Source of the DNA: a plasmid
Assembly: GCF_055900595.2 (NCBI RefSeq)
Contig: NZ_JBVWEU010000002.1
Direction: 5' to 3' (one strand)
DNA length: 64,000 bases
The position numbers and the translations under genes are program-made. Positions 42,413-55,668 of this stretch are shown here, piece by piece (positions within the stretch are counted from its first letter, which is position 1; the number at the start of each line of letters is the position of its first letter). The notes below the pieces were generated by a model. It saw only the letters and a program-made list of their open reading frames with translations. It searched no databases and was not told the DNA's origin.

Positions 42413-43018
42413 ATGTCCAATAAAGAACTCATTACAGAATTTCTGCTGGCGGCAGAACAAGGTAATTCCGATGGATTAAAATCATGCCTTGATAAAAAGG
42501 TTGATATTAATGCGACTAACCGCGAGGGGCGTACTGCAATTATTATTGCCAGTCTGAATAAACATTATGACTGCGTTTCTTTATTGATTTCCGCAGGTGC
42601 TGATATTAATAAACAAGATCAAACTTGTTTTAATCCCTTCCTGATTGGCTGCCTGAATAATGATTTAACACTGTTGCGTACGGTATTACCGGCTAACCCC
42701 GACCTTAATTGCCTAACCCGTTTTGGCGGTGTTGGTATTACACCTGCCTGCGAAAAAGGCCATGTCGAGATTGTACGTGAATTGCTGATGCGTACTGATA
42801 TCAATGTCAACCATACTAATTTTGTTGGCTGGACGCCGCTCCTAGAGGCCATCGTGCTGAATGACGGCGGTGAAAAGCAGCAGGAGATCGTCAAACTGTT
42901 GCTTGAGCATGGCGCAAACCCGCACATGACGGATAAATACGGTAAAACCCCGCTGGAGCTGGCGCGAGAAAAAGGCTACCACAAAATTGCCGAGTTGCTG
43001 ATTTCGGCTGGAGCCTGA
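42413..43018 (+). CDS. Ankyrin-repeat protein (YahD-like)
   Basis: 201 aa; repeated ...G.TAL..A...GH...V..LL..GAD.N.. units. Confidence 0.75.
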   Translation: MSNKELITEFLLAAEQGNSDGLKSCLDKKVDINATNREGRTAIIIASLNKHYDCVSLLISAGADINKQDQTCFNPFLIGCLNNDLTLLRTVLPANPDLNCLTRFGGVGITPACEKGHVEIVRELLMRTDINVNHTNFVGWTPLLEAIVLNDGGEKQQEIVKLLLEHGANPHMTDKYGKTPLELAREKGYHKIAELLISAGA

Positions 43019-43103
43019 CAACAGGAGCACGATTATCGCTATATTATCACGGCAATCTTTTCGGGCACTAACCGCAGACTGCGCGTTTCTCACTTTTCGG
43101 GGA

Positions 43104-43952
43104 ATGGGCCAGGTTGAACAGGTTTTTTCCCATGCGGTAAATCTGTTAATACCTGAACAGCAGCGACTGCTGACGTTACTGAGTGAGGATTGTGATAACG
43201 CACCTAACAGTTGTCGTTTAGCACTGACACATTATGAAGACCTTTTTCACCCCGGTGAACAGGTCAATTTTAGCGGGTCTGGAATAACTGTTGGAAATGA
43301 TAAATGGATAGAAATAACCGGTTGTCAGATGTGGCGAATACCACGGTGGACATCTGATTCAGCAAGCCTTGCCAAAGTCGGCTGGCAGCATTGGGAAGAG
43401 TTTATCCGCCAACAACTAAGAAGCAACGACACATTATTTCTGTACCAGGGTGACAATCCATTTTATCAGGAAATTTCTCGCCAATTACTCAACCGCCGAA
43501 AAAATTTGCTGAAGGCGTTGTGTACAGGAGAAAACATCACTGCGGCAGTCAACCAGTTAATTGGTCTTGGAATAGGGCTGACGCCATCATCGGATGATTA
43601 TTTAGTAGGTTTAAGCACTATTTTATTTATTCAAGGACATCCACTAAGGAAGTATAGATACGATTTCTTAGCAGCATTACAACTTGCAGGAAATAACATA
43701 ACGCTTCTCAGCAAAATAACGTTAGAGGAAGCATTTAATCAGCGTTATCGGGAAAGAGTCGGACGGCTACTGAACCAATTTATTACTGAGCCACAACCCA
43801 TTTCTACGCAATATGTTACTGACATAAAAAATATAGGCTCAAGTTCTGGATGCGACATGCTGTATGGCATGGCGGATGCCTGCGCCCTGAGCCACAGGTC
43901 CGGAGGTAATTATGTCAATCAGGATAGTTGTAAAAAAAAACACGTATTTTGA
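43104..43952 (+). CDS. DUF2877-family protein (YahE/YlbF-like)
   Basis: 282 aa; paralog of 27254-28114. Confidence 0.55.
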   Translation: MGQVEQVFSHAVNLLIPEQQRLLTLLSEDCDNAPNSCRLALTHYEDLFHPGEQVNFSGSGITVGNDKWIEITGCQMWRIPRWTSDSASLAKVGWQHWEEFIRQQLRSNDTLFLYQGDNPFYQEISRQLLNRRKNLLKALCTGENITAAVNQLIGLGIGLTPSSDDYLVGLSTILFIQGHPLRKYRYDFLAALQLAGNNITLLSKITLEEAFNQRYRERVGRLLNQFITEPQPISTQYVTDIKNIGSSSGCDMLYGMADACALSHRSGGNYVNQDSCKKKHVF

Positions 43953-45459
43953 TTCTGTTTCACTGATGTCTATCTCCACGCGCGCAAATAAGCTTGATGG
44001 AGTTGAGCAGGCATTTGTTGCTATGGCGACAGAGATGAATAAGGGGGTGCTGAAGAATCTCGGTCTGCTGACCCCTGAGCTGGAAGAGGCGAAAAGTGGC
44101 GATCTGATGATTGTCATTAAAGGTACCAGCGAGGAGGCGAACGAGCGGACGCTAATAGCGATTGATGAGCTGTTTGCGCATAAAGAACAGGGAGGCCAGC
44201 ACGAAGCACGCTATGCCACGATTGCCAGTGCGAAGAAGCATGCTCCAGAGAGTAATCTGGCGGTGATCTCTGTCAATGGCCTGTTTGCTGCTCGTGAAGC
44301 TCGTCAGGCACTACAAAATAACCTCAATGTTATGCTGTTTTCTGACAACGTCTCTCTTGAGGACGAGCTGGAACTCAAGCATCTGGCACATGAAAAAGGG
44401 TTGTTGATGATGGGGCCTGATTGTGGAACCGCCATCATTAACGGCGCAGCGTTGTGTTTTGGCAATGCAGTGCGTCGCGGCAACATCGGAATCATTGGTG
44501 CCTCCGGTACGGGTAGCCAGGAGCTGAGCGTACGCATTCACGAATTTGGCGGCGGGATTTCCCAGCTGATTGGGACAGGTGGACGCGATATGAGTGAAAA
44601 AATTGGCGGCCTGATGATGCTTGACGCGATTAGCATGCTGGAGGCCGATCCACAAACTGAGATCATTACGCTTATATCCAAACCTCCTGCACCAGCGGTA
44701 GCCCGTAAGGTGCTGGAACGTGCGCGCACCTGTCACAAGCCTGTGGTGGTGTGTTTCCTCGGACGTGAGTCCACCCCTGCGGATGAAGAAGGCCTACAGT
44801 TTGCCCGCGGTACTAAAGAGGCTGCCTTGAAAGCGGTACTGTTGACTGGTGTGAAAAAAGAGAGTCTGGATTTGCATCCGCTCAACTGGCAGCTGATTGA
44901 AGAGGTTCGCTCCCGTCTGACTCCACAACAAAAGTATATCCGTGGCCTGTTCTGTGGTGGCACGTTATGCGATGAAGCGATGTTTACTGCCATGGAAAAA
45001 CTCTCGGATGTGTATAGCAATATTCACCCGAATCCGGCGTTCCGCCTTACAGATCTCAACCGTAGCGTGGCGCATACCTTCCTCGATTTCGGCGATGATT
45101 ATTTTACCAACGGCAAACCACATCCGATGATCGATCCCACCAATCGCATTACCCGGCTCTTGCAGGAAGCACAGGATCCTGAAGTTGGCGTGATCGTGAT
45201 GGACTTCATTCTTGGATTTGGATCACATGAAGATCCGGTTGGAGTGATGCTGGATACAATTGTTGAAGCCAAAGAAATTGCTGCCGCAGACGGTCGCCCG
45301 CTTGAGATCCTCGGCTATGTGCTGGGAACCGACCTTGATACACCGTCGCTGAAAAAACAGTGTCAGATGTTGACCGATGCCGGGGTTATTTGGGCAAGCA
45401 GTAGCACCAACACCGGATTACTGGCACGTGAATTTATATTTAAAGGGGAGGAAGGCTGA
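43912..45459 (+). CDS. FdrA-like protein (YahF-like)
   Basis: 515 aa; paralog of 28209-29768. Confidence 0.7.
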   Translation: MSIRIVVKKNTYFDSVSLMSISTRANKLDGVEQAFVAMATEMNKGVLKNLGLLTPELEEAKSGDLMIVIKGTSEEANERTLIAIDELFAHKEQGGQHEARYATIASAKKHAPESNLAVISVNGLFAAREARQALQNNLNVMLFSDNVSLEDELELKHLAHEKGLLMMGPDCGTAIINGAALCFGNAVRRGNIGIIGASGTGSQELSVRIHEFGGGISQLIGTGGRDMSEKIGGLMMLDAISMLEADPQTEIITLISKPPAPAVARKVLERARTCHKPVVVCFLGRESTPADEEGLQFARGTKEAALKAVLLTGVKKESLDLHPLNWQLIEEVRSRLTPQQKYIRGLFCGGTLCDEAMFTAMEKLSDVYSNIHPNPAFRLTDLNRSVAHTFLDFGDDYFTNGKPHPMIDPTNRITRLLQEAQDPEVGVIVMDFILGFGSHEDPVGVMLDTIVEAKEIAAADGRPLEILGYVLGTDLDTPSLKKQCQMLTDAGVIWASSSTNTGLLAREFIFKGEEG

Positions 45460-46877
45460 TGAGCCAGACACTGTTTAATCAGCCGCTGAACGTTATTAAT
45501 GTCGGTATCGAAATGTTCAGCGATGACATGAAAAAGCAGAATGTACCGGTAACCCAACTTGACTGGACACCGCCAGGCCAAGGAAACATACAAGTGGTAA
45601 CGGCACTGGACGACATTGCCGCTTCACCACTGGCAGACAAAATTGCAGCTGCTAATCAGCTGGCGCTGGAACGCATTATCCAGTCGCATCCTGTGCTAAT
45701 TGGCTATGATCAGGCGATCAACGTCGTGCCGGGTATGACCCGTAACACTATCCTTCACGCCGGGCCGCCAATCCACTGGGAAAAAATGTGCGGCGCAATG
45801 AAGGGCGCAGTAACCGGGGCTCTGGTATTTGAAGGACTGGCGAAAGATCTGGATGATGCCGCCGAACTAGCTGCTTCAGGTGAAATCATCTTCTCTCCGT
45901 GCCACGAACATGACTGTGTCGGCTCAATGGCGGGTGTCACGTCTGCATCGATGTTTATGCACATCGTCGAGAACAAAACCTATGGAAACCGCGCATATAC
46001 CAATATGAGCGAGCAGATGGCAAAGATCCTGCGTATGGGCGCTAACGACCAGAGCGTTATAGAGCGTCTTAACTGGATGCGAGATGTACTGGGACCTATG
46101 TTGCGCGATGCTATGAAGCTGGCGGGCGAAATCGATCTGCACTTGATGTTAGCGCAGGCGCTGCATATGGGCGATGAGTGCCATAACCGCAACAACGCCG
46201 GGACGGCGCTGCTGATTCAGACGCTGACGCCGTGGATTATTCAGACTGGCTACCCTGTTGAGCAGCAGCGTGAGGTGTTCGAGTTTGTCCTCAGTAGTGA
46301 TTACTTCTCAGGACCAACATGGATGGCAATGTGTAAAGCCGCAATGGACGCTGCGCACGGCATTGAATACAGCACCGTGGTGACAACGATGGCACGCAAT
46401 GGTGTTGAGTTCGGTCTTCGTATTAGCGGTTTGCCGGGCCAGTGGTTTACCGGTCCGGCGCAGCAGGTGATTGGGCCGATGTTTGCGGGCTATAAGCTAG
46501 AGGATTCCGGACGTGATATCGGTGATAGTGCAATTACCGAAACCTACGGCGTTGGCGGTTTCGCTATGGCGACGGCACCAGCTATTGTGTCACTGGTGGG
46601 CGGAACAGTTGAGGAAGCTATTGATTTCTCACGTAAAATGAGAGAAATCACTCTCGGAGAAAACCCCAACGTCACCATTCCCCTGCTTGGTTTTATGGGC
46701 GTACCGACCGCTATCGATATTACACGTGTAGGCAGTACAGGCATTCTGCCGGTAATTAACACAGCCATTGCGCACAAAGACGCAGGGATCGGCATGATCG
46801 GCGCAGGAATTGTTCACCCGCCGTTCACTTGTTTTGAAAAGGCGATCCTCAACTGGCGTGACCACTACTGCCAATAA
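45459..46877 (+). CDS. DUF1116-family protein (YahG/YlbE-like)
   Basis: 472 aa; start overlaps upstream stop; paralog of 29765-31189. Confidence 0.65.
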   Translation: MSQTLFNQPLNVINVGIEMFSDDMKKQNVPVTQLDWTPPGQGNIQVVTALDDIAASPLADKIAAANQLALERIIQSHPVLIGYDQAINVVPGMTRNTILHAGPPIHWEKMCGAMKGAVTGALVFEGLAKDLDDAAELAASGEIIFSPCHEHDCVGSMAGVTSASMFMHIVENKTYGNRAYTNMSEQMAKILRMGANDQSVIERLNWMRDVLGPMLRDAMKLAGEIDLHLMLAQALHMGDECHNRNNAGTALLIQTLTPWIIQTGYPVEQQREVFEFVLSSDYFSGPTWMAMCKAAMDAAHGIEYSTVVTTMARNGVEFGLRISGLPGQWFTGPAQQVIGPMFAGYKLEDSGRDIGDSAITETYGVGGFAMATAPAIVSLVGGTVEEAIDFSRKMREITLGENPNVTIPLLGFMGVPTAIDITRVGSTGILPVINTAIAHKDAGIGMIGAGIVHPPFTCFEKAILNWRDHYCQ

Positions 46878-46989
46878 CAATAACCGGGGCTAACGCAGTT
46901 AGCCCCACAGTAGCGGAAAACGTTGTTTACCTTCAGGGCTGGGCGATCTCCATGATCGCAAACGATGCTTAACCTGTTAAGGAGATTCC

Positions 46990-48540
46990 ATGAACAGCAT
47001 AAAACTAGAATGGAAACGTGGTGACTGGGCGGCTTACTTTGGACTGATGACCAACAATCTGACTAACCTGCTGACAATGATGGGTCTGCTAATTTTTGTC
47101 GTCGGAATCCCTACTGAAATTGTCTATGGACGCATTGCGCCTGCCTTTGGTCTTGCAGTGCTGGCGGCCAGTGTCTGCTACTCCTGGTTTGGTCTACAGA
47201 TGGTGAAGAAAACCGGTCGTAGCGATGTAACGGCGCTGCCGTCTGGACCGAGCGCACCCTCAATCTTTACCGTGACATTCCTGGTGCTGATGCCGGTTTA
47301 TCAGCAAACCAAAGATGCCAACTTTGCTATTCAGATAGGATTGGTGTGGTGCTTTGTCGAAGCGTTGATCCTGGTCGGTGGCTCCTTCCTGGGTGAGACT
47401 ATCCGCAAGATGATCCCGCGTACAGTGCTGCTTTCTTGTCTGTCCGGACTGGGGTTATTACTGCTGGCAATGAACCCGATGCTGCAAGCGTTCGAAGCGC
47501 CGACAGTTTCTTTCATCGTCCTGTTATTGATCTTCATTAACTGGTTCGGTAAGAAGCCGATTTTTCCCCATATTCCTACCGGTTTGCTGTTGCTGATTGC
47601 TGGTACGTCCCTAGCGTGGATATCCGGTTTACAAAGCCCGGAAGACATTAAAGCGTCGATGTCTTCCTTCGGCTTCAACCCGCCGGAAATTCATGTAAGG
47701 AGCTTCCTGCAAGGTTTGCCGCACGCTCTGCCATATCTGGCTTCTGCAGTTCCTTTGGGCCTGGCTAACTACATTTTTGACCTCGAGAACATTGAAAGTG
47801 CGCACGCGGCTGGTGATGAATACAACACCCGTAAGGTCATGATGGCGAACGGCTTTGCCTCCATGCTCGGTTGCATGCTGGGTAATCCGTTCCCGGTAAC
47901 CGTATATGTTGGGCATGCAGGCTGGAAAGCTATGGGCGCTAGTATCTGCTATACCCTCGCATCAGGCATCACTATGTTCCTGGTGCCATTGTTTGGGTTG
48001 GGCGCGTTTATGCTCGCCATTATTCCCATGACTGCTATAGTGCCAATTCTGGTTTTTATCGGTGTGGTAACCGCCAATCAGGTGGTGCGAGAAACTCCTA
48101 AAGTCGAGGTTCCCGTCATTTTCATCTGTCTGTTCCCATGGGTCGCCAACTGGGCATTGACCATCGTTAACAGCGTGATGGGCGCAGCCGGAACATCCGC
48201 TGAGAAACTTGGTAGCGACCTGTTGCACAGCAAAGGCGTCTATTACGATGGACTGATGCATCTGGGAAGCGGTGCACCGCTGGCCAGCATGCTGTGGGGA
48301 TGCATTGCTATCTTTGCCATTATGAATAAGCCGCTGCGCGGGGCGATAGCTGCATCCTTTGGAGCACTGTTATCGCTGTTTGGCGTGATTCACTCCCCAG
48401 CGGTTGGCTTTGCGGAAGGCAGCTCGATTGTGTTTGTTGTGGCCTACCTGATGATGCTTGCTATGTTTGCCCTCAAGCATGTTATTGATAGCCGTGAAAC
48501 AGTGGCTGCGTCTGAGCAGGAAGAGACTAAAACGACCTGA
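46990..48540 (+). CDS. Polytopic permease (nucleobase/NCS2- or AzgA-like; family uncertain)
   Basis: 516 aa with 12 or more hydrophobic segments; sits between the DUF1116 and carbamate kinase genes. Confidence 0.5.
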   Translation: MNSIKLEWKRGDWAAYFGLMTNNLTNLLTMMGLLIFVVGIPTEIVYGRIAPAFGLAVLAASVCYSWFGLQMVKKTGRSDVTALPSGPSAPSIFTVTFLVLMPVYQQTKDANFAIQIGLVWCFVEALILVGGSFLGETIRKMIPRTVLLSCLSGLGLLLLAMNPMLQAFEAPTVSFIVLLLIFINWFGKKPIFPHIPTGLLLLIAGTSLAWISGLQSPEDIKASMSSFGFNPPEIHVRSFLQGLPHALPYLASAVPLGLANYIFDLENIESAHAAGDEYNTRKVMMANGFASMLGCMLGNPFPVTVYVGHAGWKAMGASICYTLASGITMFLVPLFGLGAFMLAIIPMTAIVPILVFIGVVTANQVVRETPKVEVPVIFICLFPWVANWALTIVNSVMGAAGTSAEKLGSDLLHSKGVYYDGLMHLGSGAPLASMLWGCIAIFAIMNKPLRGAIAASFGALLSLFGVIHSPAVGFAEGSSIVFVVAYLMMLAMFALKHVIDSRETVAASEQEETKTT

Positions 48541-48566
48541 ATAGCCTGCAAACGGAAGATAATTCT

Positions 48567-49529
48567 ATGAAAGAACTTGTGGTCGTTGCCATTGGTGGCA
48601 ACAGCATTATCAAAGATAACGCCAGCCAGTCGATTGAGCATCAGGCGGAGGCGGTGAAGGCCGTCGCCGATACGGTTCTGGAAATGCTGGCTTCCGATTA
48701 CGACATTGTGCTGACCCACGGCAACGGGCCGCAGGTCGGTCTGGATTTACGCCGCGCGGAGATAGCCCACGAGCGCGAAGGGCTACCCTTAACGCCGCTG
48801 GCGAACTGTGTGGCGGATACGCAAGGCGGCATTGGCTATCTGATCCAGCAGGCGCTGAACAACCGGCTGGCGCCTCACGGCGAGAAAAAAGCCGTCACCG
48901 TGGTGACTCAGGTGGAAGTGGATAAAAACGATCCGGGGTTTGTCCATCCCACCAAGCCCATCGGTGCATTCTTTAGTGAAAACCAGCGTGATGAACTACA
49001 AAAGGCAAACCCTGACTGGCGTTTTGTTGAAGATGCCGGACGGGGCTATCGCCGCGTGGTCGCCTCGCCGGAACCGAAACGTATTGTCGAAGCACCTGCC
49101 ATTAAGACTCTGATCCAGCAAGGCTTTGTGGTGATTGGCGCGGGCGGCGGTGGCATTCCGGTGGTGCGTACTGACGCAGGGGATTACCAAAGCGTGGACG
49201 CGGTTATCGACAAAGATCTCTCTAGCGCGCTACTGGCTCGCGAAATTCACGCCGACATTCTGGTGATCACCACCGGCGTGGAAAAAGTGAGTATTCATTT
49301 TGGGAAACCCAACCAGCATGCACTGGATACAGTGGATGTCCTAACGATGGCCCGTTACATGCAGGAGGGTCACTTCCCGCCTGGGAGTATGTTACCGAAG
49401 ATTCTTGCCAGTCTGGAGTTCCTGGAACGTGGAGGTAAAAGAGTGATTATCACCACGCCTGAATGCCTGTCCGCGGCACTGCGTGGCGAAACAGGCACCC
49501 ATATTATCCACTCCCAAGAGGAGACGTAA
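48567..49529 (+). CDS. Carbamate kinase (YahI-like)
   Basis: 320 aa; AIGGNSI ... THGNGPQVG ... GAGGGGIPVV; paralog of 31182-32138. Confidence 0.8.
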   Translation: MKELVVVAIGGNSIIKDNASQSIEHQAEAVKAVADTVLEMLASDYDIVLTHGNGPQVGLDLRRAEIAHEREGLPLTPLANCVADTQGGIGYLIQQALNNRLAPHGEKKAVTVVTQVEVDKNDPGFVHPTKPIGAFFSENQRDELQKANPDWRFVEDAGRGYRRVVASPEPKRIVEAPAIKTLIQQGFVVIGAGGGGIPVVRTDAGDYQSVDAVIDKDLSSALLAREIHADILVITTGVEKVSIHFGKPNQHALDTVDVLTMARYMQEGHFPPGSMLPKILASLEFLERGGKRVIITTPECLSAALRGETGTHIIHSQEET

Positions 49530-50626
49530 ATTAAGGAAAGCGACCGCCGCCGTGAATTTTTAATGTTCATTGCAGATTATCGTGGGCTGGAAATGATAAC
49601 GGTTGGGGAGTTATTGTTTAGTTGCTAAAACAGAACGATAACCAACCCCAACCGTTCTCAATTTCGAATACTATCTTTTCCATTTATCTCTGGATAGGCT
49701 TTGACGTCGTCCCTACTGAGTAAAATCCCCCTCATCATCCACCTAAAACCGATTGAAAACGGTCATTACTCTTGTGGCAAACAGGCTAAAGCCGTTCACG
49801 ATGCTTCACTTCGCACCTTATCGTAATGAACAATACTGGTATTTCCAGTTCAGTTACGCCTACCCGTCTACCGCATTCTTTGCCCTAACTACGGCATAGT
49901 TCGGGATTATATCAGCTGGCTAAAGCCTTATGCTCATCAGACCACATGACTCATTGAGCATGTTGAGGCGTTACTCAAAATCTTGCCGATTAAACATATT
50001 TCGTAATTTCTTACCCTGCACTAGCATATCATCAATACTATCGACAAACGTCAGTTGCAAATAGAGGTCACAGGGTCTGATTGATGTACTGCCAAGGCCG
50101 GGTCATGAAAGAGTTTGCCCTGTTCAAAGCTCATCGTTACGCACCGTCGTAGCCGATGCGGATACTCATCAATCCTCTGGATAGGTGAGGTGCGTAGTAG
50201 AGAAGCTCGGTCGTTTTTCGTTAATCTGAATCAGTACTGTCAACATATTCAAGTCGTTAATATGGATATGAATACCTCCTTTGACCTAGAGGTACAGATG
50301 CACTACCCCCCAAGCTGTCAACGACGGATGAAAAGTGGCTCTTCCGCAACCTGGATGGAGATTTTCATGCCAGTGGACTCATGACCCTCTGCCTGAGTAG
50401 TTCAAATCCGGCTCGACCATACATCTGGCCTTTCAGCATTTTTAGCCAATTTACATGACTTTCGACACCCCCCATTATTCCAGCGACTGCTGATTGCCTC
50501 ACATATAGCCGCAGCATCAGCTGCCATCCTTGCAGCCACGCGCCGAAGTTACCACTTTCTCGTTGCTCTTTTAACCACTCCCTCCATGGGTCCAGAAGTC
50601 CTCACTCTGGAGGCCGGGTTGACATT

Positions 50627-51439
50627 TCAGGGAATGTTCCTGAACACACCCAGAGACTGTCTGTCACACGTGATAAGCCTGTAATACGGGATAAGCCTGT
50701 AATACGGGATATTTCCCCTGAACCCACATCCCTTGTTATGTAGTGCCATAACCTCTGTCCAACGCTGATGCCGTTTTTGGCGGGTTTGCTGTTTAAGGCG
50801 TTCCGGACGACGGAGCGATGCTACAGGCACAGACAGTACTGGCTTAGGTGATTTCTTTGGTGACAACCCACTGGCAACAAGACGTATCAGAGGCATCTGT
50901 CTGTACATCATTCGTTCAGGCGCATCGCCAATATTTTTTAGCCGGTGCCATCGAGCTGCTATCTGTCTGGCCTGAGGTGCACCTTCACGTGATGCTGTCG
51001 CATAGACTCCGCCACGGTCACATGAGACAACCTGTATTTCCGGATATTTTCTGAACCAGGTCGCCAGCGTACTCTGCTCGCAACCGGGAAGCAGGACGAG
51101 GGGACGGTGAGTATAAAGATTGACGATTAACGTACCGTAATGGTAGCCCCGATGCCACGCCCACTCATCAATACCGACATGAGGCGCGCCTGACTGTTTC
51201 GTCTCCGGGGTATTAATAACCCTGCGAAGAAGAGTATCAGCACTGCAACGGAGCCCCACTGCCGTTGCTGCCTGTTTCCCGGCCTCACCTCCGGCTATTA
51301 ATCCCAGTTGATGTTGTAAATTTTGTAACACCTGTGAAGAATGCTGGGAGTGAACCGGCGAAGGGGGCAAGCGACCCGGCAAAAATTTTACGTGAACAAG
51401 CCGGGTTACGGCAGTACCAGTGGCGGACGGAAAATACAA
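50627..51439 (-). pseudogene. ISL3-family transposase fragment (N-terminus missing), with an in-frame tandem duplication near the C-terminus
   Basis: ...GIDEWAWHRGYHYGTLIVNLYTHRPLVLLPGCEQSTLATWFRKYPEIQVVSCDRGGVYA...; NIPYYRLIPYYRL from a direct 18-bp duplication; upstream end cut near the IS1 left end. Confidence 0.45.
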
Positions 51440-51685
51440 GCCATAGCGTCTGCCCTGAGCAGGGTAGATGCTGTATCCGGCGCCGACGATAACTATGAAC
51501 AGAGTCGCTACGCTTAAAGCATTCAGGACTTGTGCTGTTTTGCGTTTTCCGTGGAGATGGAGGGTTATACCGTCAGAGCTAATAATTTGTCGACTGCATC
51601 TCCATCCGCAAGGTAACTGTAGAAGTGTCTGGTGATGCTGCCAACTTACTGATTTAGTGTATGATGGTGTTTTTGAGGTGCTCCA

Positions 51686-53992
<2,307 letters not shown>

Positions 53993-54357
53993 CTAAATCG
54001 CGCCAGCGCTGGCTGTTTTACGCGTATGACAGTCTCCGGAAGACGGTTGTTGCGCACGTATTCGGTGAACGCACTATGGCGACGCTGGGGCGTCTTATGA
54101 GCCTGCTGTCACCCTTTGACGTGGTGATATGGATGACGGATGGCTGGCCGCTGTATGAATCCCGCCTGAAGGGAAAGCTGCACGTAATCAGCAAGCGATA
54201 TACGCAGCGAATTGAGCGGCATAACCTGAATCTGAGGCAGCACCTGGCACGGCTGGGACGGAAGTCGCTGTCGTTTTCAAAATCGGTGGAGCTGCATGAC
54301 AAAGTCATCGGGCATTATCTGAACATAAAACACTATCAATAAGTTGGAGTCATTACC

Positions 54358-54678
54358 TCCTGCATGATGAGGTAACATGAGGCCTTTACCAATCCGCGCG
54401 CCCAGGCCGATATCACATCCATACCGTTCCATAAGTGCATTTTTTATCTTTATCGCACATTTCCTTTGTTTTTGGTTTCCAGAGATAAACATCTCATTGG
54501 CCAGGCGCCACCACATCAGAAAGCCTCGTTGTCTCTGCAACCCGTTTCTTATCAGGCGGTGTAAGACAAACTTATCCCGCATGATGACTTCGGCTTTCCA
54601 GTATTCTGACAGATTACGACTTTTACCTGACAATAAAAAGGTGGCAATATGAAAATAAGCTAATGGATTTTTCATCAT
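54358..54678 (-). pseudogene. N-terminal half of the hexapeptide-repeat (CysE/WcaB-like) acetyltransferase gene interrupted by the IS1-bounded unit
   Basis: MMKNPLAYFHIATFLL...WRLANEMFISGNQKQRKCAIKIKNALMERYGCDIGLGARIGKGLMLPHHAGG then IS1; joins in frame with 39071-39349 once the 9-bp duplication is removed. Confidence 0.6.
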
Positions 54679-54781
54679 AAAAACGACCTTAAAGAATAAA
54701 GAAAATATTCTGTATTGTGGAATAAAATAACATAACTATCAGAAATACTTTTAAAGTAATATCAGTCAGCTTTAAAGATAA

Positions 54782-55069
54782 CTATCTCATTCTCTCACTG
54801 GCGAGATTATAAACGTTACTACGTTCACGTTTACCTACCGCGACAACCGCAATAATTAGCATGTCATCAATAACCTGATAGACCAGACGAAACCCCGATG
54901 CGCGAAGTTTGATTTTGTAGCAGTCTTTTAATCCACGCAGTTTTGCGGAAGGAATATGAGGATTTTCGCTGCATTTCTTTAGTTTTTTCGCAAACTGCTG
55001 TTGAATGGATTTATCCAGTTTCAGCCATTCTTTGAGCGCATCATCCCTGAATTTTACTGTATAAGTCAT
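54782..55069 (-). CDS. RelE/ParE-family toxin
   Basis: 95 aa; ...GFRLVYQVIDDMLIIAVVAVGKRERSNVY; overlaps antitoxin gene by 4 nt. Confidence 0.75.
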   Translation of the reverse strand: MTYTVKFRDDALKEWLKLDKSIQQQFAKKLKKCSENPHIPSAKLRGLKDCYKIKLRASGFRLVYQVIDDMLIIAVVAVGKRERSNVYNLASERMR

Positions 55070-55317
55070 AAATAACTGTCCAGGTCCACATCATGCAGTG
55101 GCTGATTGCTGCGTTCAGTAACCAGTTTCACCAGTTCCTGGTCATCCAGCGCATCAAGCATCCTTTCATAGAGTTCCGCAGGCACACAGTAGAATGCCGG
55201 CTGATTCCGGTTAAGAATGGCGACAGGATAACCATCTCCGGCACTGACTGTAGCCATAGGATTTTTTTTCAGTTCACTGACACTTGCACTGGTGTCAGAC
55301 AGAATGATGTTAGGCAT
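55066..55317 (-). CDS. Phd/YefM/RelB-type antitoxin
   Basis: 83 aa, upstream of and overlapping the toxin gene. Confidence 0.7.
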   Translation of the reverse strand: MPNIILSDTSASVSELKKNPMATVSAGDGYPVAILNRNQPAFYCVPAELYERMLDALDDQELVKLVTERSNQPLHDVDLDSYL

Positions 55318-55427
55318 AACGTACCTTTGAGACTGTTTAACAAGTCTTAAAGATACCTCTGAAAGGACCGGTTAACAAGTCTGTATTACTCATACTTTTG
55401 CAAATACATTTAATGCTGGTTTTATTG

Positions 55428-55668
55428 TTCTGATGCCGCGTGAGCGGCATGGAAGGCGGTATAATGTAGCTACATATGGCACAAGAGTAAAACCGCCGAA
55501 GCCCGGCGTAAGCCGGTACTGATTGATAGATTTCACCTTACCCATCCCCGTCCTGCTAAGCCATGCCCGCTGTCAGCCATGAGAGAGCTTATGTGCGCGG
55601 TCGGAGTGGTCCCGACGAGGGTTTACCCGAAGTCGGGGCGTATCTCCGCGTTAGCGGGCCGTTAGGGC
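55428..55668 (+). other. Second, shorter copy of the structured IS110-3'-flank-like segment (no transposase gene attached)
   Basis: Aligns with 17036-17160 and 17330-17425 (e.g. shared GTGCGCGGTCGGAGTGGTCCCGACGAGGGTTTACCCGAAGTCGGG); lacks the about 165-bp middle segment. Confidence 0.4.

Noticed and set aside
41096-49529. Possibility that this part of the window is chromosomal (yah-like locus) rather than plasmid
   Set aside because: The segment sits inside an IS1-bounded unit between RepFIB/ets/eit and RepFIIA/tra backbone, so plasmid carriage after IS1-mediated capture is more parsimonious; a chromosomal origin of the cargo itself remains likely
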